This document shows positions 37,021 through 47,036 of a stretch of DNA of 64,000 bases, piece by piece (within the stretch, counting starts at the first letter, position 1; each line of letters begins with the position of its first letter). The stretch is taken from NCBI GenBank assembly GCA_963643725.1, contig CAVILR010000003.1, positions 4,578 to 68,577 on the forward strand, read 5' to 3'. The position numbers were made by a program, and so were the translations under genes. Source of the DNA: Lachnospiraceae bacterium. Lineage in GTDB: Bacteria > Bacillota_I > Bacilli_A > RFN20 > CAG-826. The notes under the pieces were generated by a model. It worked only from the letters and a program-made list of their open reading frames with translations. It was not told the DNA's origin and ran no database searches.

Positions 37021-40000
37021 TTTGTTTTTTCTTCTTATTGGCTAGAGCAAATCCTAACGCGGATAAGCCTCCTCCTCCAAATAAAGACACAAAGGTCATC
37101 GCTAATCCTTCTTTAATGTGTGGAGTTTCATATTTCATTACATAACTTACTTCACCTTTAGGGGCGACAAATCCAGCAAATCCGCCTTGCGAGTTGTAGA
37201 CTTTTAGTTCTTTTTCTTCTCCATCGACTTTCGCATAAACTTTCCATCCGCCTGTATAGGCTAATTGAGTGACGACAAAGCGAGGCGATGAATAATTTGT
37301 GTTAAATGTAAACGTGTTGACGTTATATGTTATGTCGTTTAAGCCATTATCTATCGCCGTAGTAAATCGATTGATGCAATCTTCAAAAGGTTCGTAATGG
37401 AAGGAGAAATAATTGTTCCAATATTTTTCCCCATCGACGCAGATGATGATGCGTTTAACTTTTTCTTTCGAATATAACGCGCGGATACTACGCGCTGAGC
37501 TTCGCGAGAAGTCGCGGCAATTATCAAAAGTAATTACTTTGCTAGTTCCATCTTCGTTCTCGCCGATTAAATAAACGGTCGCCGAGTAATTTGTTCCGCT
37601 AGACTGGCGAATTGGATAGTTGATGTAATAAGCTGCACCCTCCTCACCAATAGGAAAATAACCAGTAGATGAATTAGGCTCTAGCACAACTTGATATCGA
37701 TTAGCAGGGATTTCATCAGAAGTTATATCAACTTTTTGCGAATCGATGATGTCGCGGTCAGGATTAGATGGATCAAAATATTTATATCCGGTTATATTAC
37801 CTTCGTTATCGTAAATTGCCGGTCCAACATAAATACCTTTAATTAAATAATTAACAGATTTTGCGTTTTTCGCGTTATTATCTGGCGCCTCTTCATAATT
37901 AAATACATCGCCATATTCGCGCATAATCTCATAAACGTCATCATTATTTAATATCGCTCCATTAAAATAAGCTTCTTCATTCCGCAAAACATATTCATAT
38001 GGTGCGTAATAAGGATAGAACGAATTATAAATTGAACATTCACATTCATTTTTAAAATATAGCGTATCTAGTGATGTGCCTAAATTAATCTGATATTTAT
38101 TTTTATATACTCGATATCCATCATCATCGCTATCGATGCGTTCATAATTCAATGGAATATTTGGTTCGTAAACAACCTTTGTTTTCTCTCCGTCGCTACT
38201 AGTGAAAGTAAACATCGTGTCACTATCTTTGGAAACATAATATTTAACACCTAAGAAAGCGTCGAGATTGACCCGTTTTGAACTAATCGTTCCATTCCAT
38301 GCCGTATCATTCATCATAACTTGTGAAAATCTTAAGAAGTCATCGATATCATTGTTATAGAAAGTATGAAATGTTCCTAAGCCATTAAAGTTTTCTAACA
38401 TGCCTAAATTAGAATTGCCTTCATAGACTCTAGATGAAGAAAGTCGAAAATACGATTTATCGCTATCATTAATTTCTTTAATAATTCGCGTTTCGGTAGG
38501 CACGTTATTATAACCACCTCCTACGCTTGTAGAGATGCTTTGAAGCGAATGAATGTTGGCTACAAGAGTTCCAACAGCAAATATTTCGACAATAAATGAG
38601 GTTCTAATAACGGTAGTAACGTGTTTCTTTTTCCAAAATCCGGCGATTAAACCAGTCTCAACAACAGTCAAGATGAGCTGATATATAACGAGCAAAATCA
38701 TTAAACCCGTTTCAATAAAATAGTCATAATTAAGAACAATGTATTGTGAAAGGAAATATGTCATTAGCATAAAAGCAAAGGTCACAACGCCTGAAGTAAT
38801 AACGACCCAGGTTGGGATCTCCTCTTTATGGTCAAAATTGATCGCAATATAAGTTATCGCAGCAACTGGAACGATAATTTCCCATCGCCCATAAGGGGTG
38901 ACAAACGCCCCAAAAAGGAAATAGACAAACGGAACGAATAGAGCTGTTACTAAGCCAAACATTGCGATGAAATGTGATATCTTCTTGTTTTTGATCGAAC
39001 GATAAATCGAGCAGCCTAATAAAATCATATTCGGCGTGTAGATAAATATGCTACTGCCCGTATTTTCAAACCATTTGTAATGCATGATGTTAGTAAAACG
39101 GTCAGAAACAGTTGGGTAAAAATAGCTACAAAGTGGAAAGACAAATGAGAAATAATAACTCTCATATGCGCTTCCATAATTAGTGACGCTGGAGCTCCAA
39201 CAAGTAAAAAACAATTTAAAGAATTCGCTATAGTTGCCTTCTTTTAATGATGCCTTGATGGCGTTTAGATATTGTGCCTCTTCCGCTCTAGTTATCGAAA
39301 AGCTAGCGATGACCGCGGGGAAAACGCAAAACATTGACAATCCTAAACCGAATAGAAAGCCAAAGAAACCGTAGACAATAACTAATATGTTATCCTTTGC
39401 ATTTCTACTTTTAATAGTTTGAAAATAACGAAATCCGGCGTAGATAACTGAGAATATTCCAATAGATAAAAGAAAGAAATAATTAGATATTCCAAGCAAA
39501 AAGAAACCAAGAACTGCAAAGATAACTTGTTTTTCTTTGATGATTTTTTCAATGCCAAACAAGATTAACGGGAAAAAAGTCATCACTTCATAGAAAGGAT
39601 TAAACCATAGATAATATGCCATCCATCCCATAAAAGCATAAGAGATCGAGAATAGTCTTGCGTTCTTCTCACTTACTCCCATATAGCGTAAATAAAGCCT
39701 AAATAATATTCCGCCTGTCACTAACCTTGCAATGCTGATGATTGCCATCATATGAGGGATGAAAGAACGAGGCACAAATAGAATCGGAAAAGTAAATGGT
39801 GAGAATAAACCATAATACGTATTAGCAAAAACGTTATCCGCGCCTAAAAATGTATTGGAGTCATAGAATGGGAACTGACCAGTTTTAAAAAACGTCCACC
39901 AGTCATCATAGAAATCGTAATAGAGTTGATATGATTGCTGGGAAAAGTCACCGCTATAAGGGGTGGTGAATTTTTGCGTAATTAAAGCGTAACCAAAAAA

Positions 40001-40123
40001 TAAGAAACCAACACCAATAAGCGTTAAAACGTAATAAAAAAATGATTCTTTATTTCTCAAGAAAGCAAATTTATTGCTTATTTTTTCTTTTAATTTGGCA
40101 GAATTAGAATAATCGCTAATCAT
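37013..40123 (-). CDS. YfhO family (GT-C-like) large membrane protein
   Basis: 1036 aa. N-terminal YSGDFSQQSYQLYYDFYDDWWTFFKTGQFPFYDSNTFLGADN, then many TM segments and a large extracytoplasmic C-terminal domain. Confidence 0.7.
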   Translation of the reverse strand: MISDYSNSAKLKEKISNKFAFLRNKESFFYYVLTLIGVGFLFFGYALITQKFTTPYSGDFSQQSYQLYYDFYDDWWTFFKTGQFPFYDSNTFLGADNVFANTYYGLFSPFTFPILFVPRSFIPHMMAIISIARLVTGGILFRLYLRYMGVSEKNARLFSISYAFMGWMAYYLWFNPFYEVMTFFPLILFGIEKIIKEKQVIFAVLGFFLLGISNYFFLLSIGIFSVIYAGFRYFQTIKSRNAKDNILVIVYGFFGFLFGLGLSMFCVFPAVIASFSITRAEEAQYLNAIKASLKEGNYSEFFKLFFTCWSSSVTNYGSAYESYYFSFVFPLCSYFYPTVSDRFTNIMHYKWFENTGSSIFIYTPNMILLGCSIYRSIKNKKISHFIAMFGLVTALFVPFVYFLFGAFVTPYGRWEIIVPVAAITYIAINFDHKEEIPTWVVITSGVVTFAFMLMTYFLSQYIVLNYDYFIETGLMILLVIYQLILTVVETGLIAGFWKKKHVTTVIRTSFIVEIFAVGTLVANIHSLQSISTSVGGGYNNVPTETRIIKEINDSDKSYFRLSSSRVYEGNSNLGMLENFNGLGTFHTFYNNDIDDFLRFSQVMMNDTAWNGTISSKRVNLDAFLGVKYYVSKDSDTMFTFTSSDGEKTKVVYEPNIPLNYERIDSDDDGYRVYKNKYQINLGTSLDTLYFKNECECSIYNSFYPYYAPYEYVLRNEEAYFNGAILNNDDVYEIMREYGDVFNYEEAPDNNAKNAKSVNYLIKGIYVGPAIYDNEGNITGYKYFDPSNPDRDIIDSQKVDITSDEIPANRYQVVLEPNSSTGYFPIGEEGAAYYINYPIRQSSGTNYSATVYLIGENEDGTSKVITFDNCRDFSRSSARSIRALYSKEKVKRIIICVDGEKYWNNYFSFHYEPFEDCINRFTTAIDNGLNDITYNVNTFTFNTNYSSPRFVVTQLAYTGGWKVYAKVDGEEKELKVYNSQGGFAGFVAPKGEVSYVMKYETPHIKEGLAMTFVSLFGGGGLSALGFALANKKKKQIS

Positions 40124-40200
40124 CTCGATTATCTTATTACATTTATAAAAAAATTAACACTTATAAGTGCTAATTTTAAGATATTTGAGACTAAGTGAGA

Positions 40201-40536
40201 CTAAGCTTCTTGGTCGATATTTTTTAACGATGGGCCAATAAAATCGGAAACAGGAAGGGTAAATATAATTCCCTGACCCTTCGTATCGAGTCCAGCTTCT
40301 TTATATATTGCTTGAACAATTGTATCTTTTTGTTCTTTATCGACGATGATAAAAACAATTTCTTTTTCAGGAGTAATTGAAATACCAAAGAATTTTTCGA
40401 TGTCGCTATTTCCAGTTCCTTTGCCGTGAAAAATTGTTCCTCCACGAGCTCCAGCATTTTTCGCCGCGTACATGACTAAATCGCTAAAGCCATCATTGAT
40501 GATGCAGACAATTAATTCGTTTTCTGTTTTTTCCAT
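40201..40536 (-). CDS. P-II family (PII-like) signal-transduction protein
   Basis: 111 aa, LIVCIINDGFSDLVMYAAKNAGARGGTIFHGKGTG... in a beta-alpha-beta layout. Confidence 0.7.
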   Translation of the reverse strand: MEKTENELIVCIINDGFSDLVMYAAKNAGARGGTIFHGKGTGNSDIEKFFGISITPEKEIVFIIVDKEQKDTIVQAIYKEAGLDTKGQGIIFTLPVSDFIGPSLKNIDQEA

Positions 40537-40973
40537 GCTTTAATATGCTCCTTTTTAGTAACTGTTTGAGTATTAGTTAAGAATTTATAAACGCTGACGC
40601 CAGCTACGCTGGTGAGTTTAATTGAAAAGGCAATACCTTTCGCAGCTGTTGAAATTTGAAATCTCTCTGAAATCTTTTCTTTAAATTCAGGAACTATTTC
40701 TTCCTTCATGAAGGTAAAAATTAGTTGTTTTTTTGGCCCTTGAAGTTGCGACTCGCGCATATATGTTCCTTCTCCGATTGTAGTGATGCTCATCGCTACA
40801 TCTAAATCGTGAAGAATTTTAATGATGCCATTAGCTTGTCCATAGGCGACGATGATAACAAACATCTTTAAGGGTTTAATCTCATTTGTTTGATCAAATG
40901 GGGCGCGTTCAACTATTTTTTCTTCAGCTTTGTCTTTTATCTTTTTGACAACATTTTTTATTTTAGTGTCCAT
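40512..40973 (-). CDS. Second, divergent PII-like protein with an N-terminal Lys-rich extension
   Basis: KMFVIIVAYGQANGIIKILHDLDVAMSITTIGEGT... Overlaps the downstream PII gene by 25 nt. Confidence 0.55.
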   Translation of the reverse strand: MDTKIKNVVKKIKDKAEEKIVERAPFDQTNEIKPLKMFVIIVAYGQANGIIKILHDLDVAMSITTIGEGTYMRESQLQGPKKQLIFTFMKEEIVPEFKEKISERFQISTAAKGIAFSIKLTSVAGVSVYKFLTNTQTVTKKEHIKAWKKQKTN

Positions 40974-40982
40974 ATGCCCTCC

Positions 40983-42521
40983 TTAAAAATGAATGATTTG
41001 ATCATCGAATTCTTCTTTAACTCTGAAGCGCGCAATCTTGAGTTGATTGTTCTGCTTAATCGTTACGAATAATCCAATACTTTGTATCGTTAATAACGGC
41101 ATCATTGCCACGATAGCAATCGTGCCAAATGCGTCGGTCATAATGAAATCGGTATTTCCATGAAGCGAGTAGCACGCCCCAATCGCGTAAGGTAATATAA
41201 ATGTCGAGTTCATCGGTCCAGAGACGACGCCGCCTGAATCGAAGGCGATGGCAAAATAAATGTCTGGAACAAAGAACGATAACGCGAAGGCAAGAATGTA
41301 TCCTGGAACAATAATGTATAGTAAATTAAATCCTGCGATTACCCTAGTCATCGATAGTCCAATGGCTAAACCATTACCTAGGGCTAACGCGGCAAAGACG
41401 GCATTTTTATGAACCGCGCCGGAGCTGACGTTTTCAATTTGGTCAGTGAGAACATGAACTGCTGGTTCAGCAAATACTGCAGCAATACCTAATACAACAC
41501 CGATGAGAATTAAGTATGGAGCTTTAGAAGCTAATTCGATACCAAGCTTTTGAGAGATTGGTAAGAAACCAGCTTCGACCGCGCCTAAGAATAAGACAAG
41601 CCCAACATAGGTAATTAATAATCCAATTAAAATATCAACTAATTTCTTGGTGGGAAGTTTAAGAACAAGCCAGTTATAAATAATAAAGAACACGAGGATA
41701 GGAGAAATGGCTAACAAGACATTTAAGAATGCTCCATTGCCACCTTCGTGATAAAAATAACCCTCAGCAAAATGTGGAAGAATCGCTTTCCAATTATCAC
41801 CAATTTCCGTAGGTTCAAATACATATCCGTCATTAGAAATAGCTAATGATAAAATCATGACAACTAAGATAGGGCCAAGCGAAGAAAAGGCGACTAGACC
41901 GAAACTATCAGCGTTTTTGTTGCCGCTTTTACTCGCCGCAATACCAATGCCAAGAGCTAAAATAAATGGAACGGTAATCGGCCCAGTAGTGACACCGCCT
42001 GAATCCAAAGATAATGGTATAAAATTAGGGTCGACTAAACAGGCGAGTGCGAACAATAAACCATAGAAGGCTAATAGCCATATTTTAAGAGACTTGCCAA
42101 ATAGAATGCGCAACGCTCCAACGACTAAGAAAACGCCGACGCCGACGCCAATGCCAATTATTAAAACCCATTTATTAATCGATACCTGTTCGGCCAAGAC
42201 AGCTAAATCTGGTTCAGCAACAGTGACAAAAACACCAACCAAGAAAAAGACAATAACTAACAAGACCATGTTTTGCTTTTTGGTAATTGATGATCCTAAA
42301 TATTCGCCAATTTTTGACATTGAACGCTCACTGCCAAAATTGAATAGCCACATGCCAAGAGTAACTAAAACAGCACTAACTAAAAATAGTGTTAATTCCT
42401 GGATAGTTAGCATCCCTTCACCCGTAATAAACTTAGTTAAATAAACTACTAAAACGACCGCCACAACAGGTAGCGATGATAAAGCGGCTTCTTTAAGTTT
42501 TTTAAGGAGTTCGATTAGCAT
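40983..42521 (-). CDS. DUF1538 family polytopic membrane protein (two internal repeats)
   Basis: 512 aa. Duplicated signature LDSGGVTTGPITVPFILALGIG / FDSGGVVSGPMNSTFILPYAIG. Confidence 0.7.
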   Translation of the reverse strand: MLIELLKKLKEAALSSLPVVAVVLVVYLTKFITGEGMLTIQELTLFLVSAVLVTLGMWLFNFGSERSMSKIGEYLGSSITKKQNMVLLVIVFFLVGVFVTVAEPDLAVLAEQVSINKWVLIIGIGVGVGVFLVVGALRILFGKSLKIWLLAFYGLLFALACLVDPNFIPLSLDSGGVTTGPITVPFILALGIGIAASKSGNKNADSFGLVAFSSLGPILVVMILSLAISNDGYVFEPTEIGDNWKAILPHFAEGYFYHEGGNGAFLNVLLAISPILVFFIIYNWLVLKLPTKKLVDILIGLLITYVGLVLFLGAVEAGFLPISQKLGIELASKAPYLILIGVVLGIAAVFAEPAVHVLTDQIENVSSGAVHKNAVFAALALGNGLAIGLSMTRVIAGFNLLYIIVPGYILAFALSFFVPDIYFAIAFDSGGVVSGPMNSTFILPYAIGACYSLHGNTDFIMTDAFGTIAIVAMMPLLTIQSIGLFVTIKQNNQLKIARFRVKEEFDDQIIHF

Positions 42522-42584
42522 ATTTTTTATTATATAAACAACCTAAAAATGCATTCAAGTATAAAATTCAAACTTAAGTCCGAA

Positions 42585-43532
42585 TTATTTATTTTTATTA
42601 CATTTATTCGTAGTTTTGTTAAATAAATTATTAAATTCTTCTGGCATAGGCGCGGTGAAGACCATCAGTTTATTAGTAAGTGGATGAACAAAGCTTAGTT
42701 CATAAGCGTGAAGTCCAAGTCTTTTTAAAGGGTTAGATGGTTCACCATATTTATCGTCGCCAATAACATAATGATTGATGTTACCAAGTTGAACACGTAT
42801 TTGATTTTTCCTACCTGAATCGATATCGACATCTAGAAGGGAATACAAATCATTTGAACGAATAACTTTATAATGAGTGATACATTTTTTACCGTTTTTC
42901 TTATCCGATGAGACATACATTAAATTCAATGCATTTTCTTTTAAATAATCAATAAGCGTGTCTTCCTTTTTTTCAAGGCGACCTTCAACTATTGCATAAT
43001 ACTTTCTTGATTTAACGATTTCATTCCAATCTTTTTGTAAAATATCCTTGATTTGAGGGTTTTTTGCAAAAAGTAATACGCCGGAAGTATCTTCATCTAG
43101 ACGGTGAACAACATAAATTCTTGCGTGTTTATCCTTTTGCTGAAGATAGTCACTAACCATTCGATATGCGGTTCTACCCTTCTCACGGTCGCTAGCGATA
43201 GAAAGAAGACCGCTCGGTTTATTAATAACAATTATTTCGTTATTTTCATAAATGATTGGTAAGTTTTTTCTTTCCTTTTTAGCGATTCGCCTTTTAGAGA
43301 CGATAACAGTATCCTCTTTGGCTAATTTTAGATTGAATTGGCTCACCGGCGCTCCATCGACAGCAACTTGATGATTTCGCAATAAAGATTTAACGGCATT
43401 TCTAGATAGCGAAGGATATTTGCTCAATAAAAAAGTCAGTAATTCACAATCTTCATAAACCTTAAATTCTTTTATCGAATTAGGGTCAACTTTTCCTTTG
43501 TTTATATTTTTCTTATTATCGTTTTTGTTCAT
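42585..43532 (-). CDS. RluA family pseudouridine synthase with an S4 domain
   Basis: Catalytic HRLDEDTSGVLLFAK. S4-like LSRNAVKSLLRNHQVAVDG. Confidence 0.85.
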   Translation of the reverse strand: MNKNDNKKNINKGKVDPNSIKEFKVYEDCELLTFLLSKYPSLSRNAVKSLLRNHQVAVDGAPVSQFNLKLAKEDTVIVSKRRIAKKERKNLPIIYENNEIIVINKPSGLLSIASDREKGRTAYRMVSDYLQQKDKHARIYVVHRLDEDTSGVLLFAKNPQIKDILQKDWNEIVKSRKYYAIVEGRLEKKEDTLIDYLKENALNLMYVSSDKKNGKKCITHYKVIRSNDLYSLLDVDIDSGRKNQIRVQLGNINHYVIGDDKYGEPSNPLKRLGLHAYELSFVHPLTNKLMVFTAPMPEEFNNLFNKTTNKCNKNK

Positions 43533-44391
43533 TTAATTTTGAATATTTTAATAAATCTTTATAGCATTCTGGACGGCGGTCGCGAAACACACCCCAGGAT
43601 ACTCTTTCTTTGTTGATTAACTCCAAATCAAATTCATGAATTTTATAGCCTTCACTTTTGCGATCAAGTTGTTCAACAATTTCGCCATGGCTATCAGCGA
43701 TGAAGGAGAATCCTTGAAATTCCATCGATGAATTATTAGTTTTTTCAACGCCAACGCGATTAGATGCAACAACCGGAATAATGTTCGCAGCAGCGTGACC
43801 ACGCATCGTGTTTTGCCAATGTATCATCGAGTCGCGAACTAAAACGGGTTCGCTTCCAATCGCTGTTGGAAAAAGCAATATTTCCGCGCCTTTTAATGTC
43901 AATATTCTAGCTGTTTCAGGGAACCACTGATCCCAACAAATGCCGATGCCAACACGCCCAAATTTAGTGTTAAATACCTTGAACCCTGTATCGCCTGGAG
44001 AGAAATAGAATTTTTCTTCATAGCATTGACCAGTCGGGATGTGCGTTTTGCGATATAATCCAAGTTCTTTTCCATCCGCGTCGATAACCACTAATGAATT
44101 AAAATAGTTAATTCCACTTTTCTCAAAGAAAGAAATTGGTAAAACAACATTATTCTTCTTAGCTACTTCCTTAAAAATAGCAATCAGTTGAGAATTTTCG
44201 TGCTCTTCGGCAAGAGAAAACTTATCGTAATCTTCTTCTTGGCAAAAATATAAATTTGAAAATAGTTCTTGAAGCAAAACGATATTTGCTCCATCTTTGG
44301 CGCATCGTTCAACCATAGTAATGGCTTTTTTGATATTGTCTTCTTTATTAGATGAACAAGACATTTGCGTTACTGCGACTTTAATTTTCAT
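43516..44391 (-). CDS. aguB: N-carbamoylputrescine amidase (CN-hydrolase)
   Basis: MKIKVAVTQMSC..., LLQELF (Glu), YRKTHIP (Lys) and IGICWDQWFPE (Cys). Confidence 0.8.
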   Translation of the reverse strand: MKIKVAVTQMSCSSNKEDNIKKAITMVERCAKDGANIVLLQELFSNLYFCQEEDYDKFSLAEEHENSQLIAIFKEVAKKNNVVLPISFFEKSGINYFNSLVVIDADGKELGLYRKTHIPTGQCYEEKFYFSPGDTGFKVFNTKFGRVGIGICWDQWFPETARILTLKGAEILLFPTAIGSEPVLVRDSMIHWQNTMRGHAAANIIPVVASNRVGVEKTNNSSMEFQGFSFIADSHGEIVEQLDRKSEGYKIHEFDLELINKERVSWGVFRDRRPECYKDLLKYSKLNEQKR

Positions 44392-47008
44392 GGTGATTAT
44401 TAAACCCCTTTTGATATGGAATTTGCATGGTTATGCAATGAATATTTCCTCCACCGAGTAATATTTCTTTTGAATCTATCTGGATAATGTCTTTATCTTT
44501 GTATAGTTCTTGTAATTTCTTTTTAGCAAGTTTGTCTTCCTTTACGTTAAAGGCGGGAAGAATGACAAATTTTTCGCCTTGATAGAAATTGATGTATGAT
44601 GCAGCGAGCCTTGAGCCTTCTAAACGTTCTTTTGCGGCATATCGACTTGTTTTAATTCCCTTTGCTTCATCTTTATCCATAAATAAAGGCTTTGGTAATT
44701 TAATTTTAACAATTTCAAACTTTCTCCCCATCGCATCAGTTTCGTTTTTAAGTGTTTTATACGCTGCGAGAGAATATTTATATTGCGGATCATTTTTATC
44801 ATCAGTCCATCCTAATGCGATGACGCCAGGTCTTATAAAACAGGCGATATTATCGACGTGCTCATTGGTTTCATCTTCATAAATACCATTGTCTAGCCAA
44901 ATGATTTTGTTAACGCCTAGATATGTTTTAAGATTTTCTTCGATTTCTAATTGGCTTAATCGTGGATTTCTTCCCTTAGATAGTAAACACGCTTTTGTAA
45001 CCATACATGTTTTTTCGCCATCGACATGAATGCTTCCGCCTTCAAGAATAAAATCATCTAAATAATAACGTTCGATTTTAAACAATTTTGCTAAACGACC
45101 AGCGAGTAAATCATCATCTTTATAATTGTTATATAAACCATCAACCTCGCCACCCCAGGCATTGAATCTAAAGTCAACAAGTCGCATTTTATCGTTATTT
45201 TTTACAAATATTGGACCGGTATCACGAGCCCATGCATCATCGTAACGAATCTTGATGGGAATAATATTTTTTTGATTCTCATAATCGCTAATTACTTTGT
45301 TATAAATCGATGGATGAATTCCAACATATACAGGTTCATATTTAGCAATCGCATAGATGACCTTTTTAAATGTTTCTTGAGCAGGTATAGCATTATCTCT
45401 CCACGTGTCTTTTCTAAAAGGAATGAGGATGAGCGTACCGCTATGAGGGCCGCCTTCAAATGGCATTTCATAGCCATCAGAACGAGGATTAGATAATCGT
45501 TTTGTTAAATAATCGTTCAATTTATTTTCATAGACGTGATAACGATTCCATTTAGTTGTATCGATAACATTGACGTTATCAACACCATAATCGCTTAAAA
45601 TTGTAACGTTAAGTTTCTTATATTCTTCGATTCTTTCGATCAATTCCTTCGTAAAGACTTCACCAGGAACAATTAAAGGAATTCCTGGAGGATAAATCAT
45701 AATTGATTCTTTAGAAATCGAATTTATCGCATCAGAGAGTTTAACTCGTTTCCCAGGGGCATGAAATGCGGCGCGAGGACGGATGAGTTGAAATGGGAAA
45801 TCAATTCCAAATGCGTGCTTAACAACATTATTCTTTTTTGAGTAATGTTTTTTAGAAATGTCTTTTAATATTTTGACTAAACGAACCATTTGAGCTTTAT
45901 TGTTGCCAATGGCTAAAACTCCCATAATTACATATGTTTCAGCGAGTTCAACTTGAACGTTATATTCACGTTTGAGGAGTTGATAAAGTTCAAAACCATT
46001 AATATCTAAGTGATCAAGTTTAATTACAAGTTTCGTGTCATCATAATCAAAACATCCCTTCGAAAGGAAATGTTCTTTTCCACATGGAGTAAAACCTGGG
46101 ATTTTTGAAATTTGTTCGCGAACATATTTACTTAATTCGTGAACGCGTTTTATATTTTCATTTCCATGTAGGGCTACATATTCGCGGGCAGCATCAAGCG
46201 ATGCAATCAATATAGATGAAGGCGATGTTGTATTTAAAATATTCAAGGTTTTTTGAACAATTTCTTTGCAAATCACCTTCGATTTCAATAATAAAACCGA
46301 TGATTGCGTCAATGAACCTCCAGTCTTATGAAAGGAAACAGAAGCCATATCCGCCCCGGCATCCATTGCTGAAATAGGTCCATTATCATCAAAATAATAA
46401 TGGGCTCCGTGTGCCTCATCCACCAAAACGAGCATTCCGCGAGAGTGAGCTTCGTCAACTATGCGTTTTAAATCAGCGACCGCGCCAAAATATGTTGGAT
46501 TAATTACAAACACCGCTTTTGCGGTTGGATAACGCTGCATTGCTTTGATGTAGTCATCCACCGATGGCTGATTTGCGATTTCTAGTTCGGTATCTAGTTT
46601 AGGAGCAATATAAACAGGCGATGCTCCTGAAAGAATAAGTGCCGAGATGATGGATTTATGAACATTGCGTGGCAAAATAATTCGATCGTTAGCCTTACAC
46701 GAGGCCATAATCATCGCCAATATGCCTGATGATGTGCCATTAATTAAGAAAAAAGCATGGTCGGCATGAGTAAAATCCGCCATAAGGTTTTCGGCTTCGA
46801 GCAAAACGCCATGCGGATTAGCAAGATTATCCATTCCAATCGGGGCGTTAACATCCGAACGAAAGACCGTGTCTCCGACAAAGCTTTTTAATTTATTCGA
46901 TACATTGCCCATATGATGGCCAGGAACATCTAATGGCAAAACATCGGAATTAACATATTTTTTTAGGGCGTCTAAATACGGAGTTTTTCTTTGATCTAAT
47001 TTACTCAT
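44381..47008 (-). CDS. Bifunctional fusion: PLP-dependent Orn/Lys/Arg-type decarboxylase (N) + agmatine deiminase (C)
   Basis: The N-terminal ~505 aa carry the PLP-Lys motif SVSFHKTGGS and PPGIPLIVPGE. The C-terminal 370 aa (44384-45493) start GYEMPFEGGPHSGTLILIPF and end GGGNIHCITMQIP (catalytic Cys). One uninterrupted ORF, with the ATG at 47008 preferred. Confidence 0.8.
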   Translation of the reverse strand: MSKLDQRKTPYLDALKKYVNSDVLPLDVPGHHMGNVSNKLKSFVGDTVFRSDVNAPIGMDNLANPHGVLLEAENLMADFTHADHAFFLINGTSSGILAMIMASCKANDRIILPRNVHKSIISALILSGASPVYIAPKLDTELEIANQPSVDDYIKAMQRYPTAKAVFVINPTYFGAVADLKRIVDEAHSRGMLVLVDEAHGAHYYFDDNGPISAMDAGADMASVSFHKTGGSLTQSSVLLLKSKVICKEIVQKTLNILNTTSPSSILIASLDAAREYVALHGNENIKRVHELSKYVREQISKIPGFTPCGKEHFLSKGCFDYDDTKLVIKLDHLDINGFELYQLLKREYNVQVELAETYVIMGVLAIGNNKAQMVRLVKILKDISKKHYSKKNNVVKHAFGIDFPFQLIRPRAAFHAPGKRVKLSDAINSISKESIMIYPPGIPLIVPGEVFTKELIERIEEYKKLNVTILSDYGVDNVNVIDTTKWNRYHVYENKLNDYLTKRLSNPRSDGYEMPFEGGPHSGTLILIPFRKDTWRDNAIPAQETFKKVIYAIAKYEPVYVGIHPSIYNKVISDYENQKNIIPIKIRYDDAWARDTGPIFVKNNDKMRLVDFRFNAWGGEVDGLYNNYKDDDLLAGRLAKLFKIERYYLDDFILEGGSIHVDGEKTCMVTKACLLSKGRNPRLSQLEIEENLKTYLGVNKIIWLDNGIYEDETNEHVDNIACFIRPGVIALGWTDDKNDPQYKYSLAAYKTLKNETDAMGRKFEIVKIKLPKPLFMDKDEAKGIKTSRYAAKERLEGSRLAASYINFYQGEKFVILPAFNVKEDKLAKKKLQELYKDKDIIQIDSKEILLGGGNIHCITMQIPYQKGFNNHHEN

Positions 47009-47036
47009 AGCGATAATTATATTTAAGTTAACTTTT

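Noticed and set aside
40187-40205. Tandem GAGACTAAGT x2 at the end of the PII gene
   Set aside because: There are only two copies, and they overlap the stop codon region. Nothing further supports a function.
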